A stretch of DNA of 30,707 bases from positions 1 to 30,707 of the IMG/VR virus record IMGVR_UViG_3300048881_000448; one strand, written 5' to 3'. Source of the stretch: a virus. Lineage: Duplodnaviria > Caudoviricetes. A model generated the notes under the pieces. That model did no database searches. It had not been told where the DNA came from and worked only from the letters and a program-made list of their open reading frames with translations. This document shows positions 8,054 through 15,227 of this stretch, piece by piece (position 1 is the stretch's first letter; each line of letters starts with the position of its first letter). The position numbers and the translations under genes are program-made.

Positions 8054-8605
8054 ATGGCGCTCATATCAATAGCTTTTGAATGGGCGTTAGACCAGTGGGC
8101 GGTAGTAGTTGCCGCCCTGGCATTTGTCTATAATATGCTCTTCAACTCACAAAACAGTAGGCTTATAGCCTCTTCTCTTACTGTGGCCTTAATGTATGCA
8201 TTCGGGCATTTCTTATTAGCTTGGATTAACGAGTTACCATTCGATGAGCAGGTGTACTTTCGGTACTCTTCGAGGTTTCTTCTTTATGCTATTGCCGGGT
8301 TCTTTATGGCAGCGCTTATATTTAAGCTCGGCCCCAACTTCACCACTACCACAGTTTTTTCAATCATGATTTTTTCAATGATCATGCAGCTGCTGCTTCA
8401 CATTGATAGAAATGTGATTGGACTAAATAAAATAAGTGAATCTATTGAGCTGGGTAACGCCATCGTCAATAAAGGTTTTCCATCTGGATATTGGTTCTTG
8501 TGGGATTTTTACACGGTAAGTCTGAATGTTACCGGTTGTTTTTTATTTATATATTTGTTCGTTGGTGAGGATATAAAGGAGTATCTATGTTCACGTTTTT
8601 CTTAG
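8054..8605 (+). CDS. Polytopic membrane protein (~5 TM), function unknown
   Basis: Five hydrophobic segments; AGGT RBS; 9 bp after the peptide gene. Confidence 0.85.
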   Translation: MALISIAFEWALDQWAVVVAALAFVYNMLFNSQNSRLIASSLTVALMYAFGHFLLAWINELPFDEQVYFRYSSRFLLYAIAGFFMAALIFKLGPNFTTTTVFSIMIFSMIMQLLLHIDRNVIGLNKISESIELGNAIVNKGFPSGYWFLWDFYTVSLNVTGCFLFIYLFVGEDIKEYLCSRFS

Positions 8606-8898
8606 TATTAGTGTTTGGTTTAGTCGTTTCAGCAATCGTCTTTGTGACATTTTCAAAACCAAATCATCAGGTAAAGCAAAAACAATTAGCCATATATATT
8701 GCCAATGTAAGATACCTTAAGAAGTGTGCTGAAGAGTGCAGTGATGGACTGCAAACACTTGAATATTCGAAGAGAAGAGAAGCCCTGATAGAAGAGCTCC
8801 TAAGTTACATTGAGAAACACAAACTAACTGACTGTGATGCAGTCAAATCGGCTGATATTATAAAGCTTGATGACTTTCGTTCCCGCCAGAGCGCTTAG
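8587..8898 (+). CDS. Single-pass membrane-anchored helical protein, function unknown
   Basis: N-terminal FTFFLVLVFGLVVSAIVFVTF anchor; strong AAGGAG RBS; overlaps the previous gene by 19 bp and cI convergently by 41 bp. Confidence 0.8.
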   Translation: MFTFFLVLVFGLVVSAIVFVTFSKPNHQVKQKQLAIYIANVRYLKKCAEECSDGLQTLEYSKRREALIEELLSYIEKHKLTDCDAVKSADIIKLDDFRSRQSA

Positions 8899-9313
8899 CA
8901 TCTTTGCTATTAATTAGGTTTTTATACTCCGTAATAATTAAGCTTGTGACAGCTTCTGAGTCTATCGATTTCTTTGGCTCATAAATACCCGCAGCTATTA
9001 ACTGGTTTATTACGTTTTTAACGGCCAGTGTAAGTAGGTCCTCATCATTCAAGTGACCAACATTATCATCTTTCGAAACCTGTAGTTTATCCATCCAGCC
9101 TACAGGCTTTTCGAAGGCCTTTTCTAGCTTCCTTGCGAACTTATCACCCATTTTCTTATTACTGTTGCCATTTTTCAGTTGGCTTATGTAGTTTGCATCA
9201 GTGTCTACAAGGTCCGACAACGCCTTTATTGAACCGATCACAGCTATAAGATATTCAAGGTTTAATCGCCTAACCTCTTTTACATCCATTATAAATTCCA
9301 GTCGCTTATTCAT
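8858..9313 (-). CDS. cI: CI-like repressor (HTH, no S24 peptidase domain)
   Basis: VRRLNL..LI, YISQL, MGDKFARKLE, P.GWMD phage-repressor HTH pattern; divergent from Cro across operators. Confidence 0.88.
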   Translation of the reverse strand: MNKRLEFIMDVKEVRRLNLEYLIAVIGSIKALSDLVDTDANYISQLKNGNSNKKMGDKFARKLEKAFEKPVGWMDKLQVSKDDNVGHLNDEDLLTLAVKNVINQLIAAGIYEPKKSIDSEAVTSLIITEYKNLINSKDAKRSGGNESHQAL

Positions 9314-9336
9314 TTAGTCTCTCAATCAAACCATAT

Positions 9337-9404
9337 CTTACCTAAATGGTAAATTAGCTTGACGGTAAGATTTGTCAATACTAGAATCTTACTTAAACGG
9401 TAAG
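9337..9404. promoter_or_regulatory. OR with divergent PR / PRM promoters
   Basis: Operators 9337-9353, 9353-9369 and 9388-9404; PR = TTGACG(9359)-17 bp-TAGAAT(9382); reverse-strand TTGACA at 9373-9378. Confidence 0.82.
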
Positions 9405-9417
9405 GTTAAGGTGACTT

Positions 9418-9681
9418 ATGACACTCAAAGAATGGTTTCAAAAGCACAAATCGCTAGATATGAGAATGAAGTTGGCTGAAAAAGCGGATAGCACAGTTGG
9501 TTATCTCAATCAGCTTGCATACACCCCAAAAAAGGCCAGCGTGTCTATGTGCGCCGCATTGTATTCGGCATCGGTGGAATTAACACCTGGCGAAGTAATC
9601 TTTCCAGAAGACGAAAGACCCGATATTGCGGAAGTATTTAGCACAAAGCAGCAGCACGAAGAAGAGAGCAAGGCAGCATGA
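9418..9681 (+). CDS. cro: Cro-like HTH regulator
   Basis: LAEKADSTVGYLNQLAY HTH, RPDIAEVF motif, first gene after PR. Confidence 0.85.
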   Translation: MTLKEWFQKHKSLDMRMKLAEKADSTVGYLNQLAYTPKKASVSMCAALYSASVELTPGEVIFPEDERPDIAEVFSTKQQHEEESKAA

Positions 9682-9941
9682 CTTTAGCTATGGCCTCTCA
9701 TCAAGAAGCGCTTTATGAATGCTTAACTCGCACTTCAAACATTGCACGAATAACGCTAAATCGTCGTCACAACCATTCAGCGACAGTGGCCGCAACGCTT
9801 CAACAGCTTCTTTTAACAGAGCAAAAGCCGCTTCTAGGTTTTTTTGTTGTTTCATCACAATACCTTTTAAACAGTGTTTCACTCGAAAGCATAACTGAAG
9901 CGCTGCAAACCTATAACTGTACTAAGGAGCGGAAATCGTGA
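9678..9941 (+). CDS. Hypothetical ORF (may be the shadow of an antisense gene)
   Basis: ATGA and GTGA overlaps with both neighbours, but atypical composition. Confidence 0.4.
   Translation: MTLAMASHQEALYECLTRTSNIARITLNRRHNHSATVAATLQQLLLTEQKPLLGFFVVSSQYLLNSVSLESITEALQTYNCTKERKS
9688..9855 (-). CDS. Small antisense helical protein, 55 aa
   Basis: AAAGGT RBS before ATG 9855; MKQQKNLEAAFALLKEAVEALRPL... amphipathic helices. Confidence 0.45.
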   Translation of the reverse strand: MKQQKNLEAAFALLKEAVEALRPLSLNGCDDDLALFVQCLKCELSIHKALLDERP

Positions 9942-10303
9942 GTGCAGCCATTCTATTTAAAACATCAAAAGACTTGCCGCCGCCTTTTGGTGGGTGCGCC
10001 TATTTTGAGAGGTCCTGTGATCCGTTTCACCCTAAGGTATTGCAGTCTGCTTTAGACAAAACAATAGATTCGTCAGACGTTCCGGAGTCTGGGTGGATGG
10101 GAATAGATTGGGCAGAAAATCCAATCTGCTTTATTCCAGATGGAACAGGTTACGAGAAACGCAATGAAAGCTTTTCCATTGAAGAAGGTTACTTCCCAGA
10201 TGGAAGAATGTTCGCTTATCCCCTTGGGGAAAATGGCGATTATTTAAAAAATCGGCACCAAGCCGAAAAAACCAAGAGGAACAATAATGGACAATCAGCA
10301 TAA
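9938..10303 (+). CDS. Hypothetical protein upstream of acb2
   Basis: AAGGAG RBS, GTG start, overlaps acb2. Confidence 0.75.
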   Translation: MSAAILFKTSKDLPPPFGGCAYFERSCDPFHPKVLQSALDKTIDSSDVPESGWMGIDWAENPICFIPDGTGYEKRNESFSIEEGYFPDGRMFAYPLGENGDYLKNRHQAEKTKRNNNGQSA

Positions 10304-10511
10304 GAAAATTAAGGGGTATAGAGACCTCTCTCAGGAAGAAATCGACTTAATGAACGAGGGGAAAGAACTTTCACAAAAAGTGGGAGACTTCATTTCAAAA
10401 TTAGAAGCAAACGAAAAACTGGATAAGCGATGGGTCGCAATAGGGAAAACAGACCTGCAAAAAGGGTTTATGTCTGCCATTAGAAGTATCGCTCAGCCAA
10501 CTAGTTTTTAA
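10287..10511 (+). CDS. acb2: Anti-CBASS protein Acb2 (cyclic oligonucleotide sponge)
   Basis: [22 protein letters not shown] and RW.AIGKTD.Q.G.M...R.IAQP.SF match the Acb2 sequence as I recall it; GAGGA RBS. Confidence 0.92.
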   Translation: MDNQHKKIKGYRDLSQEEIDLMNEGKELSQKVGDFISKLEANEKLDKRWVAIGKTDLQKGFMSAIRSIAQPTSF

Positions 10512-10530
10512 CTCAAAGCGTTCAATATTT

Positions 10531-10995
10531 ATGTGTATTAAAGAAAAAGCCCAGCAAGACCAAGAAGTATGGCAAATCAATATTTGCGACGAGAAAGTTC
10601 TACTAAAGAGACTTGAGAACGGCAAGACGGTAGAAAGCTACCGCCATACCGATAAAGCAAAAGCAATACAAGACATCATCTCAATTCTCCGTGGCCTTGA
10701 CCCAATGAGGGATTACTCTTCAGCGCAAAATGAAAAGAATGTTTCACAACCATTTCAAATGTCAGTTTCGCAAGCGGCAAAGATTGGTAAAAACCTAAAC
10801 AAGGTTGTCAGTTGCGCAATCAGAGTTACTGCTGGCGTAGACCAACCCAGTGCTAAATATAGCGATGAGCATAACTCCTCAATAAAACAAAGGAGAGAGG
10901 CGTTTGAACAGACTGATATTTTTAAAAAGGCTGTGCAAATAGGAACATTGGCTGAAGAGGCGCTAAACCTCATTCAGCCAACAGAACTCTTGTAG
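10531..10995 (+). CDS. Hypothetical protein
   Basis: 154-aa ORF in the operon, no recognisable motif. Confidence 0.55.
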   Translation: MCIKEKAQQDQEVWQINICDEKVLLKRLENGKTVESYRHTDKAKAIQDIISILRGLDPMRDYSSAQNEKNVSQPFQMSVSQAAKIGKNLNKVVSCAIRVTAGVDQPSAKYSDEHNSSIKQRREAFEQTDIFKKAVQIGTLAEEALNLIQPTELL

Positions 10996-11040
10996 AAGCT
11001 CGTTTCTATATTTCGTAGTCGCTTTGAATAGGTAATGGTT

Positions 11041-11196
11041 ATGTCTACAAAAAATAAAGCAGTTAAAGGTCACCGCCACATGTGGCACCAGCCACCACTT
11101 TCTGTGCGCCTAGTTAGAACCTTTTTTCTAATAGTTGCGCTTTTTGTGGTCGTTTTGCCTTTCGCCATTGCAGCTTATGCTTTGGTGACCTTATGA
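11041..11196 (+). CDS. Small single-TM membrane protein, 51 aa, absent from the ORF track
   Basis: Manual translation MSTKNKAVKGHRHMWHQPPLSVRLVRTFFLIVALFVVVLPFAIAAYALVTL; ATGA overlap with the next gene. Confidence 0.65.
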   Translation: MSTKNKAVKGHRHMWHQPPLSVRLVRTFFLIVALFVVVLPFAIAAYALVTL

Positions 11197-11447
11197 GCAC
11201 GCAAGGTCGAATGATGAAGTACATGGGCTTACCACCAACTCGAAAGAAGATTTTTAAGGTTGGTGATGCCGTTCGACCAATGCCAGGCGCACGCACATTA
11301 ACTGAATCTACCATTCTTGATGGTAAGAGCTACGGAAAAGTAGCCATTGTTTTTGAACGCATCATCCATGTTGATGACGACTTGAACGGGCGCATTCATT
11401 TAGCGCCTGAAGACTTAATTCTGATCACTGCCGCAGAGGACCAGTAA
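11193..11447 (+). CDS. Hypothetical small beta-barrel-like protein
   Basis: FKVGDAVR motif; coupled overlaps on both sides. Confidence 0.7.
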   Translation: MSTQGRMMKYMGLPPTRKKIFKVGDAVRPMPGARTLTESTILDGKSYGKVAIVFERIIHVDDDLNGRIHLAPEDLILITAAEDQ

Positions 11448-11941
11448 TGTTTACTGACACTGATTTACTGAATTGTTTTAAGCCTAACTGCACATATAGC
11501 CGCGACGCTCTCGCTGAAGCAATTGGTGCTGTTGAATTGCCACCACTTTCTGCGGCATTGGGCAGGCTAAGCGGGCAGGGCTTTATCGTTAAAGATCTTG
11601 CTGAGAAGACATGGACGCTCACGGCCAAAGGTAAAGCAGCTACTTATTTCGAGCCGATTGGCGGTACTGCGGCTTCACTTAACGACAAAGTGAAAGATAT
11701 CAGCGCAGCACGAACTGCTAAAGACCAAAAGCAGGAAGACCCGGTTCACACATCCATTAAAAGCCTAGAAGCATTGTTCATCGCAATTAGGCGTAAACCG
11801 CAAGACCTTGGCATTAAGCGCGAAACACTAAATGCGTTAGCCAGATTCATGGATCCAACCATCTCAAGTAAGCTAGTTGAAATAGCAGACGACCTGCTGC
11901 AGCTGGAAGCTATAACTAAGCTAGGCGAGGGCATGCAGTGA
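11447..11941 (+). CDS. Putative winged-helix DNA-binding protein
   Basis: SRDALAEAIG...LSAALGRLSGQGFI...WTLTAKG winged-helix pattern. Confidence 0.7.
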   Translation: MFTDTDLLNCFKPNCTYSRDALAEAIGAVELPPLSAALGRLSGQGFIVKDLAEKTWTLTAKGKAATYFEPIGGTAASLNDKVKDISAARTAKDQKQEDPVHTSIKSLEALFIAIRRKPQDLGIKRETLNALARFMDPTISSKLVEIADDLLQLEAITKLGEGMQ

Positions 11942-12768
11942 ATCAGGCCGAGTATGAAGCGCTAAGCGATAACTGCTTGCCTCCATTTGCAGTTACGCTA
12001 TACATACGTTGCTTTCGAAAGAAAATGAGATATAGTGACGGGATAGTGCATGTTTCCTTACGCTCTATGAAAGAGGAAATGGAGCACACCCCCCTTCGTG
12101 GCTCTAACACGGTTGAGCCCAAGCCTACCACTGAGAAAATACGAACAGCAGTTCGACAATTAGAGCGCGCAAACCTAATCGAACTGATTAGAAAAGGCTC
12201 TATTAAAGAACAAAAAGCAGCCTGTTATCACTGCTCTTTAGCCTCAACAGACTTATCAGGTTCAAATGAGGAACAACACGAGAGCAACACGGGAACAACA
12301 CGCAATAAAAAAACGCCACAACCCACACCACACAAGCGATACAGCGGAAACGTCTTAAAATTTCAAAAGTCCGATGAACAACACATATCCGTTATATCCG
12401 ATATAGAAGAAGAAGATAGCGCGTGCGCGCGCGAAAATCTGAACTTCTGTAACGACTGGATAGGGCTGGCCAAGCAAGTTGGTCTTTCAGTCAGTACGGA
12501 TGAATTACAAGCGATTTTCAACAAGTGGAAGTTTAGCGATACAGGTAACACCTATCGCCACATAGCCACACATCGAAAGTACTGGATGCGTTATTGCGCA
12601 ACCATCAAGCACAACCAAGTCAAAGGGGGCAGTCATGCACTCAAGCAGCAATCTAGTCAACAAAGTGGGTATCGCAATGCAACCGCAACCGCATGGCGAG
12701 ACTGTTATGAACGAGCGCAACGAGGCGAAGGGGTCGAAGCGTTCGACTTCTCTACCGAGCAGACTTGA
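11938..12768 (+). CDS. Replication initiator (O-like)
   Basis: N-terminal winged helix (IRTAVRQLERANLI), internal iteron-bearing low-complexity linker, upstream of a P-like gene. Confidence 0.78.
   Translation: MNQAEYEALSDNCLPPFAVTLYIRCFRKKMRYSDGIVHVSLRSMKEEMEHTPLRGSNTVEPKPTTEKIRTAVRQLERANLIELIRKGSIKEQKAACYHCSLASTDLSGSNEEQHESNTGTTRNKKTPQPTPHKRYSGNVLKFQKSDEQHISVISDIEEEDSACARENLNFCNDWIGLAKQVGLSVSTDELQAIFNKWKFSDTGNTYRHIATHRKYWMRYCATIKHNQVKGGSHALKQQSSQQSGYRNATATAWRDCYERAQRGEGVEAFDFSTEQT
12271..12385 (+). repeat. Iterons (putative origin) GA(A/G)CAACAC(G/A)
   Basis: Copies at 12271, 12282 and 12293 (11-bp period) and at 12376, inside the initiator gene. Confidence 0.7.
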
Positions 12769-13414
12769 TACTGTCTACCAGTTTTGCCTAACGAACTTGA
12801 AACCAGTGTTGATGGAGTACTGGCCTGAATTCGTGAACAAGTACCCAGAACTGGATATGCAGCAATGGGCCATTCGTGAATACGCTAAGCAGATGGTAGA
12901 CGAGGGTGTTTCCAGTAGTCGACAAATTCAATCGGGTATTGCAAAGGCGTGTAAGCAGCAATATCGCCCACGGCCTACAGAGTTTGCGAAGCTTTGTAAG
13001 CCTACACCTGAGGAACTTGGAATACCCTCACTGCGTGAAGCTTACGATGAAGTGATCGCCAGACGCGGAAGATTCAAAGGTAAAGACTTTGAATTTAGCC
13101 ATCGCGCGGTTGAGCTGGTAGACGAACGTGTTGGTCATCGTGTTTATCAAATGCGAGACGCTGACTTCATGGAACTGTTCAAAGGTGAGTATGAGTACTG
13201 GGTAGGCAGAGCTATGACAGGAGATTTGCCTGAAGCGAAAAAAGCGCTTGAATACTCAACACCGAAAAAGCCGGTTATCGACAGTTACGTGGCTAAGCAC
13301 GGCAAACCTATGCTTGGCGATGATTTGGTTAGTCAGAAAATTAAAGAGCTTGGCATGCTAGTTTCTAGAAAACGCCAGGCGCACATAAGCACACCAGACG
13401 ATAAGGTAGCGTAG
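12635..13414 (+). CDS. Replication protein P-like (helicase loader)
   Basis: GV.S..QIQ.GI, P.PTEF..LC.P..EELGIPS pattern; position after O. Confidence 0.78.
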   Translation: MHSSSNLVNKVGIAMQPQPHGETVMNERNEAKGSKRSTSLPSRLDTVYQFCLTNLKPVLMEYWPEFVNKYPELDMQQWAIREYAKQMVDEGVSSSRQIQSGIAKACKQQYRPRPTEFAKLCKPTPEELGIPSLREAYDEVIARRGRFKGKDFEFSHRAVELVDERVGHRVYQMRDADFMELFKGEYEYWVGRAMTGDLPEAKKALEYSTPKKPVIDSYVAKHGKPMLGDDLVSQKIKELGMLVSRKRQAHISTPDDKVA

Positions 13415-13416
13415 TA

Positions 13417-13767
13417 GTGACAGACGTTCAGCACGATACAAGCGAAACCGAAACTTTGCTCAATGAGTGGGGCAAATGGAGCCGAATGGGATTAGGACTC
13501 AATATCGGTAAAAGCGATAACAACAACGTGTATTTCATCAATGACGATATGGCGCTATTGGTAGACCGTCTTGTTGCAGAACTGAAGCGAGAGCGACCTT
13601 TGTTAGCCAACATAGTCATCATGTACTATCGAAGCGATTACAATTACCCAATGATTTCTAACGCGTTAAATATTGGTGAGACAAAAGCAAGAAGTCTACA
13701 TAAATCAGCTATTTGTTGGGTTGATGGGGCTTTGATTGGGTTCACCCTAGACGTTAAATTGGCATAA
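13417..13767 (+). CDS. Late antiterminator Q-like
   Basis: LLNEWGKW, DDMALLVD..VA.L, C-terminal HTH and WVDG; precedes late promoter and terminators. Confidence 0.85.
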   Translation: MTDVQHDTSETETLLNEWGKWSRMGLGLNIGKSDNNNVYFINDDMALLVDRLVAELKRERPLLANIVIMYYRSDYNYPMISNALNIGETKARSLHKSAICWVDGALIGFTLDVKLA

Positions 13768-13781
13768 TTTGAAAAAACTTG

Positions 13782-13810
13782 TTGATCTGCGCGCGCGGAT
13801 CATCTACTTT
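13782..13810 (+). promoter_or_regulatory. Late promoter PR'-like
   Basis: TTGATC-17 bp-TACTTT with near-palindromic GATCTGCGCGCGCGGATC (candidate Q-binding element). Confidence 0.6.
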
Positions 13811-13845
13811 ACTTCACGTAAGCTAAGTGAAGCTGCACTCGACAC

Positions 13846-13874
13846 AAAGGTCACTCATTGAGTGGCCTTTTTTT
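13846..13874 (+). terminator. tR'-like intrinsic terminator
   Basis: AAAGGTCACTC-att-GAGTGGCCTTT hairpin followed by a T-tract. Confidence 0.8.
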
Positions 13875-13919
13875 GTGCCTGCTTTTCTCTGCTTGTTGTG
13901 TCTTGTTTATCCCAACCTT

Positions 13920-13945
13920 GCCTCACCATTTGGTGGGGCTTTTTT
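13920..13945 (+). terminator. Second late-leader terminator
   Basis: GCCTCACC-attt-GGTGGGGC hairpin plus T6. Confidence 0.7.
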
Positions 13946-13958
13946 ATGGATGAAGATT

Positions 13959-14387
13959 ATGTTTCCCTACGGCAAAACTTCACAAGCCCGTCTTGATACG
14001 TGCCATGTTGATACTCAAACGATATTCAACGAGGTGAAGAAGTTCATTAACGCGTCGATCTTTTGCGGCTATCGCGGTAAAGATGAGCAGAACAAAGCCT
14101 TTGCCGATGGTTTGAGTCAATTGGAGTGGCCTAACTCAAAGCACAACACTTTTCCTTCCATGGCCATTGATGCTGGCCCTTACTTCGTAGAATTAAGTAA
14201 CACAGACTGGAAAGACGAATTGGCTTTCGCTGTATTCGCAGGACATGTCATGTGTATTGCTCGTCAGCTATACGCTGAGGGTAAAACAACCCACTTGCTT
14301 CGCTGGGGTGGTGATTGGGATATGGACGGTAGAAGCCGTGATGAGCGTTTCCGCGACTTACCACACTTTGAGTTATATAAGCCATAA
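13959..14387 (+). CDS. Endolysin, M15-family Zn peptidase (L-Ala-D-Glu peptidase-like)
   Basis: GYR...EQ, SKHN, AID, RWGGDW, DLPHFEL; start moved to ATG 13959 because the longer ORF runs through terminators. Confidence 0.9.
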   Translation: MFPYGKTSQARLDTCHVDTQTIFNEVKKFINASIFCGYRGKDEQNKAFADGLSQLEWPNSKHNTFPSMAIDAGPYFVELSNTDWKDELAFAVFAGHVMCIARQLYAEGKTTHLLRWGGDWDMDGRSRDERFRDLPHFELYKP

Positions 14388-14396
14388 GGTGAAATA

Positions 14397-14801
14397 ATGA
14401 ATTGGTTAAAACCTCTAAGCAGCGCTATTGATGGTGTTATTGGTATCTTCAAGAGTAAGCAAGAGCAAAAGGCAAACGCTGAACAGGCTAAGGCAAAGCT
14501 TAAGCAAACTAAATTACAAGGTGAGCATGAGGTCACACTTACTGACGCAGAGGGAGAAGCGCTATTAGCCCAGGGCTTAGAGAGCAGCTGGAAAGATGAG
14601 TACGTTACCGTTCTCATTACCTCACCTTACGCTTTGTTGGTATTAGGTGCGATATTGTTAGCTGTATTCAATGACTCTCGCATGTTGGATGCAGCAGTAC
14701 TGGCCATCAGTAATCTTGAGAAAGCCGGTGTTGATTTAGACTTTCTGTTCAAGGCTGTAGTGTTATCTGCTATTGGCCTGAAGGTATGGCGTGGTAAGTA
14801 A
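14397..14801 (+). CDS. Lysis-cassette membrane protein (3TM-holin-like)
   Basis: Amphipathic N-terminus, SWKDEY motif, two hydrophobic segments. Confidence 0.6.
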   Translation: MNWLKPLSSAIDGVIGIFKSKQEQKANAEQAKAKLKQTKLQGEHEVTLTDAEGEALLAQGLESSWKDEYVTVLITSPYALLVLGAILLAVFNDSRMLDAAVLAISNLEKAGVDLDFLFKAVVLSAIGLKVWRGK

Positions 14802-14900
14802 TAACCTTACGTCTAATACACAATGGAACAACAATTGAATAATCATGTTATGGGCCCTACAGGAGTGCATAGCATGTCAGCATATAGCGACAGATTTAAA

Positions 14901-15122
14901 ATGAGTGATAAGACCACAGCTACTAACTACACAGCCAGTGGCCTTACGGCTTTATGGGGAATGGTAAACATCGACCATCTAGTAGCAGTGATAGGTATTA
15001 TCATAGCCATAGCCACCTTCGGCGTTAACGTCTACTTCAAGCGCAAAGAAGACAGACGACAAGAAGAACTTCATGCCAAACTTATGGAAGCATCACCTAA
15101 CAACGAATGCATTCCTAAATAA
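14901..15122 (+). CDS. Holin, HP1 family (upstream in-frame starts from 14823 possible)
   Basis: DKTT...Y..SG, IGIIIAIATF.VNVYFKRKEDRR pattern. Confidence 0.8.
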   Translation: MSDKTTATNYTASGLTALWGMVNIDHLVAVIGIIIAIATFGVNVYFKRKEDRRQEELHAKLMEASPNNECIPK

Positions 15123-15143
15123 CTTTCATAAAAATATTTTCGC

Positions 15144-15190
15144 GGGTCCTTTTGGAGGCACCCCCTCACACGGCGCATAGACTCGCGTTT
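15144..15190 (+). other. Putative cos site (cosQ/cosN)
   Basis: GGGTCCT (identical to lambda cosQ) followed ~30 bp later by ...ACTCGCG, just upstream of terminase genes. Confidence 0.6.
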
Positions 15191-15227
15191 TTTTAACAGC
15201 TATAAAATCCCATAGGGGGGTTATATT

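Noticed and set aside
7802-8898. Classical RiPP or microcin cluster
   Set aside because: No modifying enzyme, ABC exporter or double-glycine leader is present
13827-13958. Hydrophobic N-terminal extension on the endolysin (SAR or signal-like)
   Set aside because: It is a translation of two terminator hairpins and T-tracts; the real start is likely 13959
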